From NCBI GenBank assembly GCA_934636245.1, contig CAKUAI010000004.1:131923-195922 (forward strand): 64,000 nt of DNA, written 5' to 3'. This document shows positions 44,064 to 52,000 of this stretch, in pieces. Below the pieces are notes generated by a model. The model did no database searches, was not told the origin of the DNA, and worked only from the letters and a program-made list of their open reading frames with translations. The stretch comes from an uncultured Coriobacteriales bacterium (lineage in GTDB: Bacteria > Actinomycetota > Coriobacteriia > Coriobacteriales > UMGS124). The translations under genes were made by a program, and so were the position numbers. The first letter of the stretch is position 1. Each line of letters begins with the position of its first letter.

Positions 44064-45458
44064 CTACATAAACGCCTTGGCGCGGGCGCGGAGCGCATCG
44101 GGCGTGTTGGGAAGCACGTCGTCGACGACCTCCCGCACGAGGCGCTTGAGGATGTATCCCACAAGCGGGCCGCGCTCCACGCCCATCTCAAGCAAGTCAG
44201 CCCCTCCGATAGCCAGGTCAGCCACGCAGAAGGCGCACCCGCGCTCAAGTTCCTCCTCGTACTGGGCCTGCACACGGTCGAGCTCCTTCATGCGCTTGTG
44301 GATGGCGCGATGGGCATGGGCGAGCGTGTCGGCGCGCTTGAGGCACAGCAGCAGCGAAAAGGCCTCGCGTGCGCCGTCGGCCCCGGTGTTGAGGACCCTG
44401 TTGGCACGGGCAAGAGCGCGGCGAATCCCCCGCGGGCTGTCCTCGATGGGCCGGTCGTGATAATGCACGAGGTACTCCATGAGGCGAACTTCTCCCACCG
44501 GCCAGCGCAAGCGCGTATAGTCTTCCACCAGAAGGCGCGCTCCCGCCTCTTCGTGCCCATAGAAGTGGCCACGACCGTCCTCGCCCAAAACGAAGCACGA
44601 TGGCTTGCCGATGTCGTGGAGCAATGTGGCATGGCACAAGGCAGAAGGCGCGTCGGCAGACAAGAAGCCCAGCGCATGCAGGCAATGCTCCCATACGTCA
44701 TAACAGTGCCAGCGGCTTTTTTGGTCGAATCCGACCATGGGGGCCACATGGGGAACGGCCATTGCGGCCACGTCGGGAAACGCACGCAGCGCATCGACGG
44801 CAAAGGGAGCCTCAACGATCTTACCGTATTCCTGGGCGATGCGCTCGACTGCCACAGAGGAAAGGGAGGGCGCCGTGGCATGGATGGCCGCCGCCGTTGC
44901 AGCATCGACCGCAAAGGAGAGCTGTGCCGAGAAGCGCACGCCGCGCATGATACGCAGGGCGTCCTCGTCGAAGCGCCCAAAGGGCTTGCCAACGCAGCGG
45001 ATGAGCCCACGCGCCATATCGGATACGCCCCCGAAGGGATCCACAAGGCCACGCGTCGGGTTCCAGGCCACGGCATTGACCGTAAAGTCGCGCCGTGTCA
45101 GGTCTTCTTCGATGTTCTTGACGAAGCGTACCGAATCGGGCCTGCGATGGTCGGTGTAGGTCCCGTCGGTGCGATACGTGGTGATCTCGATAGGGTCGCC
45201 GTCAATGAGAACGGTGACGGTGCCATGCGCCGAGCCTGTCTCGATCACCCGGTAGCCGGCTTCAAGAAAATGCTCGCGCGTGTGATACCAGAGCGCGTCG
45301 GTGGCGATGTCGACGTCATGGCAGGGACGGCCCAAGATGGCATCGCGCACGAAACCGCCCACCACGTAGGCCTGCTTGCCCGCGTGCTCCAAGACCTCGA
45401 TGGCCTTTTTCGCACTGGACGGCAGCGTTTCCGCCAACCGATCCTCACATGTCATCAT
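44064..45458 (-). CDS. cca: CCA-adding enzyme / tRNA nucleotidyltransferase with HD domain
   Basis: PolyA_pol head motif YVVGGFVRDAILGRPCHDVDIAT, RDFTVNA, and a C-terminal HD domain (TLLHDIGK). The start is re-called to the ATG at 45458 (MMTCEDRL), with AAGGGGG upstream. Confidence 0.85.
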   Translation of the reverse strand: MMTCEDRLAETLPSSAKKAIEVLEHAGKQAYVVGGFVRDAILGRPCHDVDIATDALWYHTREHFLEAGYRVIETGSAHGTVTVLIDGDPIEITTYRTDGTYTDHRRPDSVRFVKNIEEDLTRRDFTVNAVAWNPTRGLVDPFGGVSDMARGLIRCVGKPFGRFDEDALRIMRGVRFSAQLSFAVDAATAAAIHATAPSLSSVAVERIAQEYGKIVEAPFAVDALRAFPDVAAMAVPHVAPMVGFDQKSRWHCYDVWEHCLHALGFLSADAPSALCHATLLHDIGKPSCFVLGEDGRGHFYGHEEAGARLLVEDYTRLRWPVGEVRLMEYLVHYHDRPIEDSPRGIRRALARANRVLNTGADGAREAFSLLLCLKRADTLAHAHRAIHKRMKELDRVQAQYEEELERGCAFCVADLAIGGADLLEMGVERGPLVGYILKRLVREVVDDVLPNTPDALRARAKAFM

Positions 45459-45573
45459 CACGTCGCCCCCTTTCAGCTTTGATTGTCCCATCTTCCCACA
45501 ACCTGACGTCCTATGCACTAGGAAGCCTCGATTATTATGGTCATGCTAGATGAAGGTTCAACTGGGAGGGCTC

Positions 45574-46683
45574 ATGGGCCATATGGAAACAGCGTTCAAG
45601 AACATTACAACCCTGAGGGTCGGCGGTCCCATCGCCGATTTCCGCAGCGCATCCTCCCCCGCCGAGCTTGCGCAGATCGTCACGCAGGCCGACGCGCAGT
45701 CGACGCCTTTGGTTGTCGTGGGCAGTGGCTCAAACCTGCTGGCTGGCGACGGCCTCTTTGAGGGAACCGTCGTGCGTACCTGCGACACCACGGGCCCTTT
45801 GGCTTTGACCAACGGTACCGATAGCGTCCGCGTCAAGGTAAACGTGGGATGCGTGTGGGACGACTTCGTGCGCTGGTGCGTGGAGCGCGACCTGGCGGGA
45901 CTCGAGGCGCTGAGCGGCATCCCCGGCCAAATCGGCAGTGCTGTCATGCAGAACCTGGGCGCCTACGGACAGGAAATCGGCACCTGCCTCACCAGTGCCA
46001 CTCTGCTCGACCGCACCACGGGCGTCGTGGATGTCGTGGGCCGCGACCAGCTCGGCCTGGGATACCGTACGAGCATGCTGCGCCGAAGCATGGACGAGGG
46101 CCAGGACGGCGGCCGCTGGGCGGCCACCCCGCGCTGGGTTGTCCTCGATGCCGAGTTCATCTTGCGCAAGCAGGCCCGCAACCATGTGGACCACGCTCAG
46201 CTCGCCCGTGCCTTGAGCTGCGAGACGGGATGCGAGATGGAACTCGGAGCGATTCGCGACTCGGTCTATGAGGTGCGCGCAAGCAAGGGCATGGTCGCAG
46301 ACCCCAATCCCGATGGTCCCTCCCCCATCTATGACCGCTGGTCGAGCGGCTCGTTCTTTACCAACCCCGTCTTGACGCGCGACCAGGCCGCCGCGCAGCT
46401 GCCCGAGGGTGCGCCCCTCTACCCCGCGCATGACGACGCGCATGTGAAGACCTCCGCCGCCTGGCTCATCGACCAGGCGGGATTCCACAAGGGCTGGGGC
46501 GTGCACAGCGAGGCCTCGAAGGCCACACTGAGCACCCTGCACACGCTTGCGATGACCAACAGGGGCCATGCCACAAGCGCCGATGTCGTCGAACTTGCAC
46601 AGGCAGTGAAGGACGGCGTGTACGCCAGGTTCGGCGTGACCCTGCGCCCCGAGACCGTGCTCGTAGGCACCTCACTGCACTAA
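45574..46683 (+). CDS. murB: UDP-N-acetylenolpyruvoylglucosamine reductase
   Basis: The start is re-called to the ATG at 45574 after GGGAGGG. FAD-binding TTLRVGGP...VVGSGSNLL and a C-terminal MurB domain (SGSFFTNP, TSAAWLIDQAGF-KG). Confidence 0.9.
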   Translation: MGHMETAFKNITTLRVGGPIADFRSASSPAELAQIVTQADAQSTPLVVVGSGSNLLAGDGLFEGTVVRTCDTTGPLALTNGTDSVRVKVNVGCVWDDFVRWCVERDLAGLEALSGIPGQIGSAVMQNLGAYGQEIGTCLTSATLLDRTTGVVDVVGRDQLGLGYRTSMLRRSMDEGQDGGRWAATPRWVVLDAEFILRKQARNHVDHAQLARALSCETGCEMELGAIRDSVYEVRASKGMVADPNPDGPSPIYDRWSSGSFFTNPVLTRDQAAAQLPEGAPLYPAHDDAHVKTSAAWLIDQAGFHKGWGVHSEASKATLSTLHTLAMTNRGHATSADVVELAQAVKDGVYARFGVTLRPETVLVGTSLH

Positions 46684-46743
46684 GAGGGGACCGCACTCGC
46701 TGGGTGGCTCGACCCTTCGCCTCCCAGATGTGCCAAACACGAA

Positions 46744-46777
46744 AAGCCCCCGCTTGCTTCAATGCAAACGGGGGCTT
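46744..46777. terminator. Hairpin between convergent murB and efp (bidirectional terminator candidate)
   Basis: 9-bp GC-rich stem AAGCCCCCG (46744-46752) / CGGGGGCTT (46769-46777). It is flanked by GAAAA on the left and CTTTG on the right. Confidence 0.5.
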
Positions 46778-46818
46778 CTTTGCAAGCCTCAGATGGGAGG
46801 GAATCCCAGCTCGGAAGA

Positions 46819-47382
46819 CTAGACGCGGGAGATGTACTTGGCCTCGCGGGTGTCAACCTTGATGCGGTCGCCCACGTTGACGAACATGGGGACCTGAACG
46901 GTAGCGCCGGTCTCAACGACAGCGGGCTTGGTGCCGGACTGGACGGTGTCGCCCTTGAAGCCAGGCTCGGTCTCGGTGATCTCAACCTCGATGAACATGG
47001 GGGGCTGGACAGCGTAGAGCACACCGTTGGCGTACTGCATCAGGCAGACGTCGTTCTCCTTGAGCCACTTGGCGTCGTCGCCCACAGTGGCAACCTCGAC
47101 GGGGATCTGCTCATAGGAGTCGTTGTCCATGAACCAGAAGTTGTCGCCGTCGCTGTAGAGATACTGCATCTCGCGGGTCTCCATGCGAACGCTCTCGAAC
47201 TTGGCGGACTGCTGGAAGTTCTGCTCGTTCACGCGGCCGGTGCGGATGTCCTTATACTTGGTGCGGACGTAGGTGTTGCCCTTGCCCGGCTTGACATGCT
47301 GAGCCTCGAGAACAATGCAGTCCTTGCCATTGATGTTGACGCCCAGACCGGCCTTCAGATCAGTAATACCCAAAGTAGCCAC
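46819..47382 (-). CDS. efp: Elongation factor P
   Basis: The start is re-called to the GTG at 47382 (V/M-ATLGITDLKAGLGVNINGKDCIVLEAQHVKPGKGNTYVRTKYK), with GAAAGG upstream. It has the KPGKG loop with the conserved Lys. Confidence 0.94.
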   Translation of the reverse strand: MATLGITDLKAGLGVNINGKDCIVLEAQHVKPGKGNTYVRTKYKDIRTGRVNEQNFQQSAKFESVRMETREMQYLYSDGDNFWFMDNDSYEQIPVEVATVGDDAKWLKENDVCLMQYANGVLYAVQPPMFIEVEITETEPGFKGDTVQSGTKPAVVETGATVQVPMFVNVGDRIKVDTREAKYISRV

Positions 47383-47442
47383 AGGTTTGCCTTTCGCTCG
47401 CACTATGCCCGGCGCGATTACCGGACTCTCAATAACTTTCGA

Positions 47443-47472
47443 ATAATATCTCAGGTGCCCCAAGGCGCACAA
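47443..47472 (-). promoter_or_regulatory. Candidate efp promoter
   Basis: On the minus strand: TTGTGC (47472-47467), an 18-nt spacer, then TATTAT (47448-47443), in the 210-nt pepP-efp gap. Confidence 0.25.
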
Positions 47473-47592
47473 TACCCCATGCCCAAACACGCACGCTCTC
47501 CCTACACTCAGGACAGACGCGTTGCGCAAAACCTGAGCACATCGGGACGCGCAATGTCATGAGCCACGACGCCATCGTGCGCCCAGAGGTGC

Positions 47593-48720
47593 TTACAGGT
47601 CGATGACGATGAGGTCGTGGGTGGACGCAGTGAAGGGCTCGAAGCCCTCCTCGGTGACCACACCGTAGTCCTCAAGGCGCACGCCGCCCCAACCAGGCAG
47701 GTAGATGCCGGGCTCAACGGTGCACACCATGCCGGGCTCGTACACATCGGTCGTGGTGCGGCTCGTGCGGGGGAGCTCATGGATGTCGATGCCCACGCCG
47801 TGGCCCAGACCGTGCGCAAAGTAGTCGCCGTAGCCGGCCTCGGCGATGATCTTGACGGCAAGCTCGTGCACCTCGCGGCACTTCACGCCGGGGCGGATGG
47901 CCGCCGCGCACGCCTCGTGGGCACGGCGCACGGTGTTGTAAATCTCAAGCTGCTTGGGGCTGGGCTGGCCCACCACCACGGTACGCGTCATGTCGGAGCG
48001 GTAATCGCCCAAACCCGCGCCGTAGTCCATCAGCACGAAGTCACCCTCTTGCACCATGCGGGCACCCGGCCTTGCATGGGGGTTGGCAGAGTTGGGACCG
48101 CTGGCAAGGATTGTGTCAAACGCAAGCGCATCTCCACCATGGCTGAGCATGTAGTTGTCGAGCTCGACGCGCAGCTCCATCTCGGTGAGGCCGGGACGAA
48201 TGATGCCGCACATGTACGTGAAGGCCTCGTCGGTCACCTTCTGGGCACGACGCATGAGCTCGATCTCCTCGTCGTCCTTGACGGCGCGAAGCTTGATGAT
48301 GTCGTCGTGGAGCTGGGCAAAACGCGGGGCAAGCGAGCGGTCCTCGAAGGCACGGCGCAGCTCGGAGGCCTGCGCAAGCGTGATGGTGTCCTCGACGCAG
48401 ATGGTGCCAGATGCCACATGGGCCTGCAGAGCATGGCGTACGACCCAGGACCCCATGCCGCACAGGTCCATGTCGAACTTCCACGGGGTGTCGGAGCCAA
48501 GTGCCTCGAGGAACGTGTTGTAGTAGCGCGAGTCGGTATGGAAGAAAAGGTCGTTCTGCGTGATAAAGGCAGTGTGCGCGTTCTCAAAGTCAAAGACGCG
48601 CGCCGCACCCGTGAGCCAGCGCAGGTCGGCATTGTTGCGCAGCACGAGAGCGTCATAGCCGCGCTGCTCCATAAGGCTGCGAATCTTGGCAATCCTGTCT
48701 TGAACGGACATGTGAGACAC
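47593..48720 (-). CDS. Xaa-Pro aminopeptidase/dipeptidase (M24B family)
   Basis: Creatinase-like N-domain followed by the M24 metal-ligand pattern (DYGAGLGDYRSDMTRT, HGLGHGVGIDIHE, EPGIY, RLED). Confidence 0.88.
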   Translation of the reverse strand: MSHMSVQDRIAKIRSLMEQRGYDALVLRNNADLRWLTGAARVFDFENAHTAFITQNDLFFHTDSRYYNTFLEALGSDTPWKFDMDLCGMGSWVVRHALQAHVASGTICVEDTITLAQASELRRAFEDRSLAPRFAQLHDDIIKLRAVKDDEEIELMRRAQKVTDEAFTYMCGIIRPGLTEMELRVELDNYMLSHGGDALAFDTILASGPNSANPHARPGARMVQEGDFVLMDYGAGLGDYRSDMTRTVVVGQPSPKQLEIYNTVRRAHEACAAAIRPGVKCREVHELAVKIIAEAGYGDYFAHGLGHGVGIDIHELPRTSRTTTDVYEPGMVCTVEPGIYLPGWGGVRLEDYGVVTEEGFEPFTASTHDLIVIDL

Positions 48721-48757
48721 CTTTCTCTCAGGTACGCCAAAAAAATGCGACGGAAGG

Positions 48758-49315
48758 CTACAGGAGCCCCTCTTCGTACAAAAGACCGCCTACCTTGTAG
48801 GCGACGTCGGAAAACGACAACCCGCGGATGTCCACGGTGTAATCGGCAGCAGCTTGATACAAGGGAAGCCTGTGCGCAAGCAGCGCTTTGGCATGCTCAT
48901 AATCACCCAAGTCAGGGCGAATCTCAGGGTGGGTTATGTGTCCGAGTGCGTCATCGAGGTCGAGGTCGAGAAAGACGACCTTACCCATGGAGCGCATGAG
49001 CTCGACGTTGTCGGCACGCTCGATAATGCCGCCACCGCACGAAACCAGGCAGCTCTTCTCATGCGAGAGCCTCTCAAGCGCCACACGCTCGAGCTCGCGA
49101 AAATGAGCTTCGCCTGTCGTCTGGAAAATCTCGGCGACGCTCTTCTGCTCGCGATGCACCACCATGCGGTCGGTGTCGAGGTGGCGACGGTTGAACAACC
49201 TGCCCAGGTTACGCGCGACCGTGGACTTGCCTGCTCCGAGGAAGCCGATGAAAAAGATATGGTCGCAGCCCACATGGCGCGTATACCCTGCCTCGTTTTC
49301 GGGCTTGTCAGTCAT
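48758..49315 (-). CDS. aroK: Shikimate kinase
   Basis: Walker A FIGFLGAGKSTVAR, DTD, the shikimate-binging region GGGIIE. About 185 aa. Confidence 0.85.
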   Translation of the reverse strand: MTDKPENEAGYTRHVGCDHIFFIGFLGAGKSTVARNLGRLFNRRHLDTDRMVVHREQKSVAEIFQTTGEAHFRELERVALERLSHEKSCLVSCGGGIIERADNVELMRSMGKVVFLDLDLDDALGHITHPEIRPDLGDYEHAKALLAHRLPLYQAAADYTVDIRGLSFSDVAYKVGGLLYEEGLL

Positions 49316-49396
49316 GCAAGATCACTGTTCATGCTCGTCCGTCTCATGCGTCGTTTTCCACGGGAGATTCTACCATCATCAAGCCGCGCGCATACC

Positions 49397-49867
49397 CTAC
49401 GTGAAAAGGGCGAGGTATAAGAAGCAAACTGCAAAGGTCGTGCACAAATACGGACCGAAGGCGAACGCCTTGTTGCCGCGCAGCGTCTCCACCACGGAAG
49501 CGAGCACACACGCCACGGCAACGCATGGCAAAACCCAGGCACCAAGGGTAAGCGCGGCAGCGCCGATGAGCTTGATGTCGCCCATACCCAGCCCGGCACA
49601 CCGCCCAGACACGGCCCGCCATACAACCTCGAAAGCCAAAAATGCCGCCGTCACGCCAAGCGCAACGACGGCACAGGATTTCAACCCCTGAACATACGGC
49701 AGGTCCATGCCAAGCAGCGGCGCCATGTTGCCGGCCAGCCCCAACAGCGCGAGGGCCGCGACACTGGCATTGGGAATGCGGCGCGTGCGGGCGTCCGACA
49801 CCGCGACCCACAGAAGCACGCCGAGAAACGTCGAGGAAAGCAAGACGGCCGCAAGAATCTCTAGCAC
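49397..49867 (-). CDS. A24-family prepilin (type IV leader) peptidase-like membrane protein, short form
   Basis: Polytopic membrane protein with the two A24 aspartate motifs (VSDARTRRIPN and GMGDIKLIGA). The longest ORF reaches 49963 but would overlap yqeG by about 100 nt. A GTG at 49867 overlaps the yqeG stop (GTGCTAG). The start is uncertain. Confidence 0.7.
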   Translation of the reverse strand: MLEILAAVLLSSTFLGVLLWVAVSDARTRRIPNASVAALALLGLAGNMAPLLGMDLPYVQGLKSCAVVALGVTAAFLAFEVVWRAVSGRCAGLGMGDIKLIGAAALTLGAWVLPCVAVACVLASVVETLRGNKAFAFGPYLCTTFAVCFLYLALFT

Positions 49868-50376
49868 GTGAGGGGCTCCCAGGTGCTTGCGGGCTTGAGA
49901 CCATGGAGAAGCATGCGCTCCATGGCACGCATGGGCGGCGAATACCACAGGTCCTGACTGCACTGCGGCACAACGAGAGCATGGCGCATACGAGCGAGCT
50001 TTGCACCAAAGATGTCAGTGTAGAGCTGGTCGCCGATGACGAAGCACTCCCGAGGCGTCAGGCTCATGTCGCGTGCCGCCTGAAGGAGTCCTCCGGGACG
50101 GGGTTTGTGAGCCTTTGCGACAAGGCCTGCCTCGAAAAGACGCGCAGTGGGTTCCACACGCTCATAGTCGTTGTTCGAGACAAAGCAAATCTTGAAGCCA
50201 AGCTCACGAGCCCTGCGCATCCAGGCGTCGACCTCCCGTGGAGCGACGCCTGTGGTGCGCGGGATAACCGTGTTGTCTCGGTCGAGCAGCAGGCCACGCA
50301 CCCCGCAGCGCTTGAGGTCGTCAAGGTCGACGACGTCTATCGAGGTCACGTAGCGCTGCGGGGCGATGATACCCAT
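49861..50376 (-). CDS. HAD-IIIA family phosphatase (YqeG-like)
   Basis: HAD motif I LLLDRDNT, motif II VSNN, and motif III/IV K...GDQLYTD. 171 aa. Confidence 0.8.
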   Translation of the reverse strand: MGIIAPQRYVTSIDVVDLDDLKRCGVRGLLLDRDNTVIPRTTGVAPREVDAWMRRARELGFKICFVSNNDYERVEPTARLFEAGLVAKAHKPRPGGLLQAARDMSLTPRECFVIGDQLYTDIFGAKLARMRHALVVPQCSQDLWYSPPMRAMERMLLHGLKPASTWEPLTC

Positions 50377-50379
50377 GGC

Positions 50380-51570
50380 CTACCCTACGATGCCGGCAGC
50401 GGCGTTGTACTCGTTGCGGGCCTCGTTGAACTCGTCCTCATTGGTACAGAACACATGCGTGCCGTCAAGGGCGGCAGACGCGACGTAGAAGTAGTAGTCG
50501 GTCTGGGCGGCATTGATGACCGCGTTGATGGAAGACAGCGAGGGCGAGCAGATAGGGCCGGGAATGAGGCCGAGGTTGGTGTAGGTGTTGTAAGGCGAGT
50601 CAACCTCGAGGTCGGCGTAGGTGAGCAGGTCGGCCTTGTTGAGCGCGTAGGCGATGGCGGCGTCGATCTGCAGGTACCAGCCGGCGTTGAGGCGGTTGTA
50701 GATGACCGAGGCGACGTTGGGACGCTCGGCCTCAACAGCGGTCTCACGCTCGATGAGCGAGGCCATGCAGACAACCTGGTACTCCGACAGTACGGTGTTG
50801 CCCTGGCCGACATGGCTCCAGTCGATACCGGCCGTCTCAACCTGGAACTGCTTGAGCATCGTGCGGATGGCGATGTCAGGTGTGACCTCGTCCTCAAAGG
50901 TATACGTCTTGGGGAACAGGAAGCCCTCAAGCGAGTTGTTGTACGCACCGTTGAGGAACGTGAACTCGCCCACGTAATTGGACGCCTTGGCCTGCGCCAT
51001 AAAGTCGTCGTAGGAGAAGCCAAACGTGTCAGCAAAGCGCTGGGCCGTCTGGGCGACCGTGAAACCTTCGGGAATGGTGATGGACACACCCGACGCAGCC
51101 GTGCCCGCGACAAGCATGGAGACGATCTGCTCGTACGTCATGCCCTTCATAAAGGTATAGGTGCCCGCCTGAAGCGCTCCCTCGGCACCCTGGGCGGCAA
51201 CAGCCTGGATGAAGGCCGTCGTGGAGGCAATGACGCCCTCGTCGCGCAGCAGGCGCGAGATGTCGCCCGTGCCGTAGCCGTTGGGAATGTCAACCGTGGT
51301 CTCGGCCTGCTCCTGCTCGATAACGGCGATTTTCTCGGAGCACTGCGAAGCGTTGACGACCACGATGACGACCACAACGGCGAAGAAGCACACAAGGCCG
51401 ATGAACGCGACCTTGAGGGGCATGCCCTTATGCGGAGCATGGCGCTTGCGCGTCGCTTCGTCGGAGTACGAGGTCTTTATGCGCTCCATGGGTTGCGCGT
51501 TGTTCGCGATGCCGGACCCCGTGGACGCATTGTCCTTCAGCGAGGAGGGATCAAACGGTTGAAGGCTCAT
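50380..51570 (-). CDS. mltG: Endolytic murein transglycosylase MltG (YceG-like)
   Basis: N-terminal TM anchor (VAFIGLVCFFAVVVVIVVV) and a YceG domain with LEGFLFPKTY, ASLIERE and SPYNTY motifs. It overlaps ruvX by 4 nt. Confidence 0.9.
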   Translation of the reverse strand: MSLQPFDPSSLKDNASTGSGIANNAQPMERIKTSYSDEATRKRHAPHKGMPLKVAFIGLVCFFAVVVVIVVVNASQCSEKIAVIEQEQAETTVDIPNGYGTGDISRLLRDEGVIASTTAFIQAVAAQGAEGALQAGTYTFMKGMTYEQIVSMLVAGTAASGVSITIPEGFTVAQTAQRFADTFGFSYDDFMAQAKASNYVGEFTFLNGAYNNSLEGFLFPKTYTFEDEVTPDIAIRTMLKQFQVETAGIDWSHVGQGNTVLSEYQVVCMASLIERETAVEAERPNVASVIYNRLNAGWYLQIDAAIAYALNKADLLTYADLEVDSPYNTYTNLGLIPGPICSPSLSSINAVINAAQTDYYFYVASAALDGTHVFCTNEDEFNEARNEYNAAAGIVG

Positions 51571-51998
51571 GCGATTCCCATCGTGTCGTTCTTCTTGACA
51601 TCAAGCCATACCTGCAGGAACAGGGAGGCTGCCACACTGTCGACCTTGCCGCGCATCTGCTTCTCGTTGAGACCCTGCTCGCGCAGGATGCGCTTGGCCT
51701 CGCTAGAAGTGAGGCGCTCGTCGACGAACTCGACCTCGAGGCCGAGGCGCTGTGCGATTTGCTGGCCGATCTCGGTGAGCTTCTGGGCCTGGGGGCCAGG
51801 CTCGCCCTGCATGGTGAGCGGCCTGCCCACCACAAGGACGTCGGGCTCGTGGTCTTCCACCACACGCCTAAAACTGGGCGCATGGGAGAAGACCTCGTGC
51901 GCGGGCAGCACGCACACAGGCATTGCGATGCCAGTGCGCGTGCTGCCGCACGCCACGCCCACGCGAGCGTCACCTATGTCGAGCGCGAGGGCCTGCAA
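51567..51998 (-). CDS. ruvX: Putative pre-16S rRNA nuclease / Holliday junction resolvase-like YqgF
   Basis: ALDIGDARVGVA, VVGRPLTMQGE, VDERLTSSEA. It lies 2 nt downstream of alaS. Confidence 0.9.
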   Translation of the reverse strand: MQALALDIGDARVGVACGSTRTGIAMPVCVLPAHEVFSHAPSFRRVVEDHEPDVLVVGRPLTMQGEPGPQAQKLTEIGQQIAQRLGLEVEFVDERLTSSEAKRILREQGLNEKQMRGKVDSVAASLFLQVWLDVKKNDTMGIA

Positions 51999-52000
51999 AG

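Noticed and set aside
49344-50009. Alternative 221-aa ORF in another frame overlapping the A24 peptidase-like gene and yqeG.
   Set aside because: Its translation is Arg/Cys/Gly/Ala-rich with no motifs. The 49397-49963 frame gives a coherent polytopic membrane protein with both A24 aspartate motifs.
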